The position numbers and the translations under genes were made by a program. 64,000 bases of DNA. It comes from Candidatus Saccharimonadia bacterium (GTDB lineage Bacteria > Patescibacteriota > Saccharimonadia > UBA4664 > JBBRNT01). The number at the start of each line of letters is the position of its first letter. The first letter of the stretch is position 1. The stretch spans positions 112,848-176,847 of the forward strand of contig JBBRNT010000001.1 in NCBI GenBank assembly GCA_038230095.1. The letters are read 5' to 3'. The notes beneath the pieces were generated by a model. It searched no databases. It was not told the origin of the DNA and saw nothing but the letters and a program-made list of their open reading frames with translations. This document shows positions 1 to 6,881 of this stretch, in pieces.

Positions 1-387
1 GTAGTTGGTACGAGGCTTACCGAAAGAGCCATTACAGATGTGGAGCCGATCATTGCGCTTATCGAGAGCCTTAGTCGCTATCTAGCTGAAAAAGTGGGTG
101 CAAGAGAGGCGTTTTTGTATGACATCTTTGAACCCAGGCAATATATACTGGGCACATGGGACGGCCAGTCAGTCGCACAACCCTGGCTAGTAGATGTAGA
201 ACCATTGAAACAAGACTACGCCGAGAACGCCCAGCTCTATATGCGTTTTCATCAGGGCGCCATGGCAGGGCTTGAGAAGCTAGAGAACCTAGTCTTGGCG
301 CGTGTTACCCAAGAGCAACAACGGCGTCTGGACCGGGCAGCGTTGTTAGTGGCCGATGGTACGGACCTGTCCTTCAAGGCCGCCTAA
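1..387 (+). CDS. 3' end of a CDS that starts upstream of the window; hypothetical protein
   Basis: The frame is open from position 1 with no stop before the annotated ATG at 40. It ends at TAA 385-387. No family-defining motif was recognised. Confidence 0.4.
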   Translation, partial: VVGTRLTERAITDVEPIIALIESLSRYLAEKVGAREAFLYDIFEPRQYILGTWDGQSVAQPWLVDVEPLKQDYAENAQLYMRFHQGAMAGLEKLENLVLARVTQEQQRRLDRAALLVADGTDLSFKAA

Positions 388-403
388 CATACAAAGGATT
401 ACT

Positions 404-1414
404 ATGCCTGAACTGAAATTTGAATCACTACATAACCACACCCTTATATCTGACGGCTACCTGAGCCATCTGGATCTATTAGCGGCAGCCGAGCGGCAGG
501 GCGTTGGGATTGTCGGCCTGACAGACCACGACTGCCTGCCTAATGCCGAGATTATGGATCAACTGCGGGCCTATGCTGGCCCAGTGCAGTGGACCGTGGG
601 TATAGAGCTGTCGACGGGCCTGCCCAAAGAGCACCCGGAGTGGATGCGGCACTCGGTGCACATACTGGGATTATTCATTGATCCGGCAAACGAGCCTATC
701 CTAGAGTTTTGTGAGCAAATACACCAAGGCCGCGTGAAGCGCATGAGCCGGGTGGTGGCGCATCTGCAGTCGCTCGGCATGGACATTACCGAGGCGGAGT
801 GCCAGGCGGCAGCGGGTACCAGTGTGCCAGGGCAGCCCCATATTGTAAAAGCTATGCTCGCCAAGCCGCAGAACGTACAACTGCTGGCCACGTTTAAGGC
901 TGAGATGGCCGAGGCGACTCAGACCAATCCCAAGCTGAAGAAGAGCTACAACTACATGCTAGAAGGTGGCGCGCGCCAAGAGCCCTATGCTCTGGTAATG
1001 GGATCTAAGTCCTTCAAGCCGCTGCCCAAGGCCGACTTTGAATTTATTAGTGATTTGGATAGCGGCGTTAAACTCATCCGTGACGCCGGCGGGATTGCCA
1101 TATTTGCTCACCCCTACCACTACTGGGAGGACTTTTCGCCAGCTATGCTCGAGCAGCTGGTAAAGGATGGACGGATTGATGGACTAGAGCTCATAAATGA
1201 GAACAATATTAGCCCGCATATGAAGGCTGATCTGGACATACTACAGGGCATTGTGGACCGTACCGGGGTAGCCTACATGGTGAATAGCGATGCTCATGAC
1301 GAGAAGGATCTGGAGGCGTTTGTTACGAGCCCTATCGGTGAGGCTAGCGTAGGCCAGACGCAGCGGTTGCTGGAGCGCTTTAACCCTAATCTGAGCTGGA
1401 GCCGACTGAAATAG
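404..1414 (+). CDS. PHP-domain metal-dependent phosphoesterase
   Basis: PHP signatures are present: HxH region (LHNHT), LTDHD, FAHPYHY and NSDAHD. ATG at 404 is preceded by AAAGGA. The 356 start would overlap the upstream gene and is unlikely. Confidence 0.75.
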   Translation: MPELKFESLHNHTLISDGYLSHLDLLAAAERQGVGIVGLTDHDCLPNAEIMDQLRAYAGPVQWTVGIELSTGLPKEHPEWMRHSVHILGLFIDPANEPILEFCEQIHQGRVKRMSRVVAHLQSLGMDITEAECQAAAGTSVPGQPHIVKAMLAKPQNVQLLATFKAEMAEATQTNPKLKKSYNYMLEGGARQEPYALVMGSKSFKPLPKADFEFISDLDSGVKLIRDAGGIAIFAHPYHYWEDFSPAMLEQLVKDGRIDGLELINENNISPHMKADLDILQGIVDRTGVAYMVNSDAHDEKDLEAFVTSPIGEASVGQTQRLLERFNPNLSWSRLK

Positions 1415-1430
1415 CCGCATTCGTATTTTG

Positions 1431-1459
1431 TTCGCATAGCTTGCCTCTCCCTGTATAAT
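1431..1459 (+). promoter_or_regulatory. sigma70-like promoter for leaderless dnaG (TTCGCA-17-TGTATAAT, ATG 6 nt downstream)
   Basis: -35 TTCGCA at 1431-1436, 17-nt spacer, extended -10 TGTATAAT at 1452-1459. The ATG at 1466 coincides with the expected TSS. Confidence 0.45.
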
Positions 1460-1465
1460 AGGTAT

Positions 1466-3244
1466 ATGAACGAAGTTGAGGAGATAAAAGGCCGGCTGGA
1501 GATTGCCGATGTGGTGGGTGGGTATGTGCAGCTGAAGCAAGCTGGGCGCAACCTAAAGGCACCGTGTCCATTCCACCAGGAGAAGACTGCTAGCTTCATG
1601 GTGAGCCCTGAAAAGGGCATATTCCATTGTTTTGGCTGTGGCCAGGGTGGGGACGTCTTCAAATTTGTCATGCTCATAGAGGGTCTAGACTTCCGGTCAG
1701 CACTGGAGCTACTGGCACGGCGGGCTGGGGTGGAGCTGAAGACCAAGAGTGGCCGACCTAAGGAGAATACCGATCGACTGTATGCAGCTATAGAGCTGGC
1801 GGCCAAGTACTTCCAGGCTACCCTGGTAAAGAACCCAAAGGCACTGGAGTATGTAACGAGAGACCGGCGGTTGGGGAAGCAGATTATTACCGACTTTATG
1901 ATTGGCTACGCACCCGAGTCGTGGGAGGCGCTCAGTGGATTCTTGCTGAAGAAAGGCTACACCCAAGACGAGCTCCTGCGGGCGGGGCTAGCGGGTCAGC
2001 GGCCGGAGCGCTCCACAGTATACGACCTATACCGCGGCCGGGTAATGTTTACCATCTCCGATGGGCAGGGGCGGCCGATTGGCTTTACCGGTCGGGTACT
2101 AGACGACTCGCTACCCAAGTACCTGAACACACCCCAGACAGTGCTCTACGACAAGTCCCGCGCCATCTTCGGCCTGCATCTAGCTAAGGAGGCCATTCGG
2201 ACCAAGGATGAGGTGGTGCTGGTAGAAGGCAATATGGACGTCATTGCGAGCCACCAGGCGGGGGTGCGGCAGGTGGTAGCGGCTAGCGGCACGGCGCTGA
2301 CGCTCGACCAGCTGAAGGCGCTGTCCTACCTGAGCAAGAACGTGAAGCTATGCTTTGACGCTGATCGCGCCGGGCTGGCCGCCACTGAGCGGGCCATACC
2401 GCTGGCGCAGAAGCTGGGGCTGAACTTATTCGTGGTGGAGATAGAGGGTGCCAAAGATCCCGATGAGCTTATTCTCCAAGACCCTGCCCTCTGGGAGAAG
2501 GCAATCAAGGATGCCAAGGAGATTCGGGAGTACTGGTACGAGCGGTCTCGGCGGGAGTTTAATATTGATGATAAGCCAAGCGGCATTGATAAGATCCAGT
2601 TTGTGAAACGCATGGCGACTATCCTGCGACTATACGATAATGCGACCCAGCAAGTCTTTGTCCAGCACATGGCAGGTGAGACTGGCATAGAGGAGCAGTC
2701 GTTCCTGGATGCCATTGAGAGCACAGACGAGACTATGCCGACTACCACGCGGACGTCCACGTCTGCGGCTACGGCGCGGATAGCGACCGCAACTGCGGCC
2801 ATAGTGCCCCCGCCTAAGCTAAGTGGTCGAGCCAATATTGAGGTATCGGTGCTTAGCCTGAACCTGGCGTTTCCCGAGGCACGGCTGAGCCTGGAGGACC
2901 TGAGGACTACGGATTTTGCCGATGAACGCCACCAGACTATATTTGATCGGATGATCAGCGAGGGGAGTAATGCCGCTCTGGACCAGCTGGTAAAGGTATT
3001 GCCAGAACAGGCGGATTATGTCAAAATCTTGGCATTGCAAGGCGAAGAAGAATATGCGGATACCGCCCCGGCTGACCGGAGCTTCGTGGCCTTTACCCTA
3101 GCCCGCCGATTGATTGAGCTGGCTAGTCACGACCAGAAAATGACACTAAGTAAACGCCTGAAGGCCGCTGAAGCAAGTGGCGACACTGCGCTGACCCACC
3201 AGATACTTGGTGAGTACCAGGCCATCATGGCAGAGGAGAGATAA
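1466..3244 (+). CDS. dnaG: DNA primase DnaG
   Basis: N-terminal zinc ribbon CPFHQEKTASF...HCFGCGQGGD and a Toprim segment (EGNMDV, DAD). It sits immediately upstream of rpoD in the classic MMS arrangement. Confidence 0.95.
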   Translation: MNEVEEIKGRLEIADVVGGYVQLKQAGRNLKAPCPFHQEKTASFMVSPEKGIFHCFGCGQGGDVFKFVMLIEGLDFRSALELLARRAGVELKTKSGRPKENTDRLYAAIELAAKYFQATLVKNPKALEYVTRDRRLGKQIITDFMIGYAPESWEALSGFLLKKGYTQDELLRAGLAGQRPERSTVYDLYRGRVMFTISDGQGRPIGFTGRVLDDSLPKYLNTPQTVLYDKSRAIFGLHLAKEAIRTKDEVVLVEGNMDVIASHQAGVRQVVAASGTALTLDQLKALSYLSKNVKLCFDADRAGLAATERAIPLAQKLGLNLFVVEIEGAKDPDELILQDPALWEKAIKDAKEIREYWYERSRREFNIDDKPSGIDKIQFVKRMATILRLYDNATQQVFVQHMAGETGIEEQSFLDAIESTDETMPTTTRTSTSAATARIATATAAIVPPPKLSGRANIEVSVLSLNLAFPEARLSLEDLRTTDFADERHQTIFDRMISEGSNAALDQLVKVLPEQADYVKILALQGEEEYADTAPADRSFVAFTLARRLIELASHDQKMTLSKRLKAAEASGDTALTHQILGEYQAIMAEER

Positions 3245-4360
3245 TTGCCTAAGAAAGCTGCAACACCGGAGTCGGAAGAGACCCCGGCTGGATCTGGGTA
3301 TTCCCCGGAGATTGAACGATTAATTGCCAAGGGCAAGGAGCAGGGCTTTGTCACCCAGCAGGAGATAGCCCAGGCTATTCCTGATGCGGAAGATAACCTT
3401 GAGGAGCTGGATGAGTTGTACGCGGCGTTGCTAGAAAACGGCGTAGAGCTGACAGACCAAAAAGAACGACTCATCTGGGACCAATCGGATGAAGAGCCCG
3501 TGGCCGAAGACAACGACGACTACATTAAGGACATTGCCGATGACTCGGTGCGCCTGTACCTACGTGAGATTGGTAAGATTCCGCTCCTTACCGGTGAGCA
3601 GGAAGTGACCCTGGCCAAGCGCATAGAAGCGGGAGACAAGGCAGCTAAGGACGCTATGGCCGAGGCCAATATGCGTCTCGTCGTATCGATTGCTAAGAAG
3701 TATATTGGCCGTGGGCTGGACCTACTTGACCTGATCCAAGAGGGTAATACTGGCTTGCTACGGGCCGTGGAGAAGTTCGACTACACAAAGGGCTACAAAT
3801 TTTCGACCTACGCTACGTGGTGGATTCGCCAGGCTATTACCCGAGCTATTGCCGACCAGGCTCGCACCATCCGCATCCCCGTCCATATGGTAGAGACCAT
3901 AAATAAGCTTATCCGTACTCAGCGCCGTCTGGTGCAGGAGCTGGGCCGCGAGCCTATGCCCGAGGAGATTGCTGCTGAGATGGAAATGGACGTCGATAAG
4001 GTGAACCACATTATTAAGATTAAGCAGGACATTGTATCGCTCGAAGCGCCGGTTGGTGAAGAGGACGACTCGCGTCTTGGTGACTTTATTGAAGACGAGG
4101 AAGCACAGACACCAGCCGAAGCGGCTACCTATCAACTGCTTAAGGAGCATGTAAACCAGGTACTGGCGCTCTTAACACCGCGTGAGCAGAAGATCCTCCG
4201 CATGCGGTTTGGTCTGGAAGATGGCCGCAGCCATACCCTGGAAGAAGTGGGACAAGAGTTCGGTGTTACTCGCGAGCGCATCCGTCAGATTGAGGCCAAG
4301 GCCCTGGCCAAGCTGCGCAAGCACCGCGAAAGCAAGAAGCTTCGCGACTACCTGAGCTAA
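3245..4360 (+). CDS. rpoD: RNA polymerase primary sigma factor (sigma-70/RpoD family)
   Basis: Region 2 motif [54 protein letters not shown]. Region 4 motif [24 protein letters not shown]. The TTG start at 3245 directly abuts the dnaG TAA stop. Confidence 0.95.
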   Translation: MPKKAATPESEETPAGSGYSPEIERLIAKGKEQGFVTQQEIAQAIPDAEDNLEELDELYAALLENGVELTDQKERLIWDQSDEEPVAEDNDDYIKDIADDSVRLYLREIGKIPLLTGEQEVTLAKRIEAGDKAAKDAMAEANMRLVVSIAKKYIGRGLDLLDLIQEGNTGLLRAVEKFDYTKGYKFSTYATWWIRQAITRAIADQARTIRIPVHMVETINKLIRTQRRLVQELGREPMPEEIAAEMEMDVDKVNHIIKIKQDIVSLEAPVGEEDDSRLGDFIEDEEAQTPAEAATYQLLKEHVNQVLALLTPREQKILRMRFGLEDGRSHTLEEVGQEFGVTRERIRQIEAKALAKLRKHRESKKLRDYLS

Positions 4361-4377
4361 GTTAGATGTCTAACCGG

Positions 4378-4400
4378 AAAGCCCCGAAAGGGGCTTTTTT
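4378..4400 (+). terminator. Rho-independent terminator after rpoD
   Basis: AAAGCCCC-GAAA-GGGGCTTT hairpin followed by a T6 run. Confidence 0.8.
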
Positions 4401-4413
4401 GGTGGGCGCATGA

Positions 4414-4442
4414 TTGACTCTGCGCAGAGCGAGTCGTATGGT
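4414..4442 (+). promoter_or_regulatory. candidate sigma70 promoter (TTGACT-17-TATGGT) heading an ORF-poor transcript
   Basis: Hexamers with exact 17-nt spacing. No credible CDS downstream until the hairpin at 4871-4904. Confidence 0.35.
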
Positions 4443-4870
4443 GGAGCTAGGCCAGGGGATCTGTACGCCACTGGTTTGCCGGAGCAGCGAGTCTACCATC
4501 TAATGCTCGCTGCAGTAGTACCGGATACGCCGAGAACAAATGTACTGAGTGTGTTTACACCCATGCCAACGCGGTGCCACGGGGAGACCCACGGACTAGA
4601 TCGAAGTATCTGGACTTGGCCGCAGGCAATTATGCGGGGTTCATCGTCCTCTCGGAAACGACGGAGAACGGTCGTAGCGGAAGCACCACGTACCGCTACG
4701 CAAAACGAAGTGTGGAAGCCCACCCCGTAGGGGTGGACGAACCTCTGGAGCGTGTTGCTGTGATTGCGCACAGTGACGTAGCAACGTCTTCACCGCCTAC
4801 GTGCAATAGATGTAGCAATCTGAAAAACCGGTAAGGGTGTCAGCAGCCGCGTAAACACCCAAATCCGAAA

Positions 4871-4904
4871 GGGCCGTCCGGGAGTTTCGACTCCTGGACG
4901 GCCC
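4871..4904. terminator. very stable 15-bp GC hairpin with UUCG tetraloop; candidate terminator or repeat palindrome
   Basis: GGGCCGTCCGGGAGT-TTCG-ACTCCTGGACGGCCC with one G-U pair. The trailing U-tract is weak (ATTTCC). The 5' arm is near-identical to the hairpin at 5555. Confidence 0.45.
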
Positions 4905-4927
4905 ATTTCCATCTCCGTAGCAAAATC

Positions 4928-4956
4928 TTGACAGTGATCTGGAATAGGACTATCGT
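4928..4956 (+). promoter_or_regulatory. candidate sigma70 promoter (TTGACA-17-TATCGT)
   Basis: Consensus -35 TTGACA, 17-nt spacer, -10 TATCGT. About 600 nt of ORF-poor sequence follows, ending at the terminator at 5555-5598. Confidence 0.4.
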
Positions 4957-5554
4957 ACTTCTCACGTCCGTCGTGGGCTTGCTCACGGCCGACGTGCACC
5001 GATTCCCAACATGCCCGTTCGTGAACGCGGCCACGGGACTCGGTCCAGGGCTCCGGCCCACTTGTCCACACTCGCAGTAGCGAGTCCGCCCTTGCGCCTA
5101 AGGAGTAACGTTGCTGCAACGCATTCGCGCTCCGGTTTCGTAGGTGATCGTCTCCTGATTGCCTACTCGACCACGCTTTCTCGAGCCTCCCTGTTAAGCC
5201 CAAACCAATAGGTGGCGGCCAGTACCGGATCAACGAATCCGGCTGACAGGACTAGGAGGATCAACAACTGGGGATGCATCCACTTGAATGGCAGGATGCC
5301 GCATACGTTCATCATTCACAAGCGATAGTGGCGAATGGTCTGCAACTGGTGCAGTAGACTTCGGTCACCAGTATGATCGTAGACCCTACCGGGTCATGAT
5401 CGGTCTTGGGCCCCCTGGGGGACTTTGCGCGGCATGCTGAGGGCATGTCGAAGCGGCAATTTGGGGAGCACTCGTGCAGCCCTGCCCAAGACCAAGCTCG
5501 TACGAAACAGTCCACCTCCGACCAAGAGGCGCCGGTTGACCGGACTGCTCGATG

Positions 5555-5598
5555 GGGCCGTTCGGGAGCTAGCGCTCCCGAACGGCCCTCTTTCTTTC
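5555..5598 (+). terminator. Rho-independent terminator (15-bp stem, TAGC loop, TCTTTCTTTC tail)
   Basis: GGGCCGTTCGGGAGC-TAGC-GCTCCCGAACGGCCC followed by a T-rich tract. Confidence 0.7.
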
Positions 5599-5699
5599 TA
5601 ACGCCAACAGATTAACAGCCAGATAGGTGGACGGTACAGTCTAGCCCTATTACAATCTGGTATCATCTGGCGTGCGCCCCCAAGTTCCCTACTAGTGAG

Positions 5700-6095
5700 A
5701 TGAGCACCGTGCTTACACTGACGTTTGCTTTGTACCCGCCTTATAATACCGACTGCCTCGAAAGGGGAATACGCGACGCTATTGCCCAGGTCGTGACACA
5801 GTACTACTCCTGGCCAGCAGGCCGACTGACTCTGAGCGTACCCGTCATGAGTGATCTCAGCGCCACACCCTACCCATTCCAGTTGACGCTGGAGCTGCCC
5901 ATGGACTGCTGGCCAGAGACCGATACCAGCGATCTGGCACGTGACGTAGCTATAAAGTCCGTGGCAGCTATCTATCTGCAGCACGCGGGTAATTTGGCTG
6001 TAGCACTTGAGCCAGTAGTGCCATACCGGCTGCCTTGGCGCCTGATCGTAGTTGGCGAAGGCATAGGGGAGTGGTACAGCGACGCCCATTCCTAG
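5700..6095 (+). CDS. hypothetical protein
   Basis: Protein-like composition, and an intrinsic terminator follows. The overlapping minus-strand ORF 5598-6152 is Cys/Trp/His-rich and looks non-coding. Confidence 0.5.
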   Translation: MSTVLTLTFALYPPYNTDCLERGIRDAIAQVVTQYYSWPAGRLTLSVPVMSDLSATPYPFQLTLELPMDCWPETDTSDLARDVAIKSVAAIYLQHAGNLAVALEPVVPYRLPWRLIVVGEGIGEWYSDAHS

Positions 6096-6105
6096 CCCCG
6101 TCCCT

Positions 6106-6142
6106 GGCCCCGCACTCGTGCGGGGCCTATTATTTTGCTTTT
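6106..6142 (+). terminator. Rho-independent terminator
   Basis: GGCCCCGCAC-TCG-GTGCGGGGCC then TATTATTTTGCTTTT. Confidence 0.75.
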
Positions 6143-6450
6143 CCAAGGCCATAATATGCTAAAAAGGTTGTTTCACACTGCTACGACGCGTATGATCAGG
6201 GGGATTGTCCATCTAGTCAAAGTAGGTGATCACTCTGATCAGCCGAGTTCTAGAGTTTCCGGCTTCTAAACAGTTCGCACTCTGCAACAGTTATGGCAAT
6301 AAAGCCGGTTGCTCACATCCAATCCACCTAGAGAGTAGGCAAAGCGTCTGCTCCAACGAATCTCTCAGGAGGCATGATGTGGCAATCTAGTCCAAGTATT
6401 TGCTCGATTGATGTTTCTATTGCAACCAGTGGCAAGGGGAGGGGATAGCA

Positions 6451-6717
6451 ATGAGACAACCACGACCGGCCACACGTATTCGGGCCTACCTGCTGGGTAA
6501 GGACCGCTTTCCGGAAGAGCGTACGCTCGAACACATTCAAAAAGCTTGCGCTGGCGACGACTCGATCGAAGCCCTTCAAGTTGAGCTCGATGCACTGGTG
6601 GCGACGGGGCATGTGGTGCGGAGCGGGTTGCTGTACCAGTTGTCCGACGATGAGCGGCATCAGATCATTGAAGACTTCCGAGTAGCCTTGCGCATGCGAG
6701 GGCGTGTCCGCATGTAA
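6451..6717 (+). CDS. small hypothetical protein (88 aa)
   Basis: Strong SD AGGGGAGGGG lies 6 nt before the ATG. Coding-like composition. Confidence 0.5.
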   Translation: MRQPRPATRIRAYLLGKDRFPEERTLEHIQKACAGDDSIEALQVELDALVATGHVVRSGLLYQLSDDERHQIIEDFRVALRMRGRVRM

Positions 6718-6881
6718 TCGTGGGCTCCGTCTGGACCAGGAGTCTAGACGGAGCCCTTCTGCGTCTTAGTCCTTGCGCTGGTCGCACAGGGCTGCTGCTG
6801 CGCCGTCCCTCTAGTTCACCACTCGTCCCCGGGGGCTTTGCTCCTGGGGACTTCTTGTTTGTATCGGGGTATAATTGGCGT

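Noticed and set aside
2326-2835. 169-aa antisense ORF inside dnaG, and similar long antisense ORFs inside DHH (19234-19665), pnp (23029-23484), RNase J (25722-26195), ftsK (30802-31215), recA (34763-35197), the giant surface protein (47451-47756) and others
   Set aside because: Shadow ORFs typical of GC-rich coding DNA. Each lies wholly within a confidently identified gene on the opposite strand.
4436-4443. TGGTGGAG (reverse complement CTCCACCA), which could mark a tmRNA 3' end on the minus strand
   Set aside because: No T-arm (GGxxxTTCRAxTxxxCC) precedes it on that strand and no tag-peptide ORF is nearby. The string is simply the -10-like TATGGT region.
4410-5233. Annotated ORFs 4410-4730 (+), 4574-4834 (+) and 4790-5233 (-) in the rpoD-downstream gap
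   Set aside because: Arg/Trp/Cys-rich, no RBS, and mutually overlapping. ORF 4410 starts inside the predicted -35 box. Treated as non-coding (see ncRNA candidates).
5598-6152. 184-aa minus-strand ORF overlapping the plus-strand gene 5700-6095
   Set aside because: Cys/Trp/His-rich composition. It would span two plus-strand intrinsic terminators. The plus-strand ORF is the better model.
6720-6881. GTG-initiated 54-codon N-terminal extension of polA proposed by the ORF track
   Set aside because: The extension is Arg/Pro/Ser-rich junk. The conserved 5'-nuclease N-terminus begins at ATG 6882, which has a -10 box immediately upstream.
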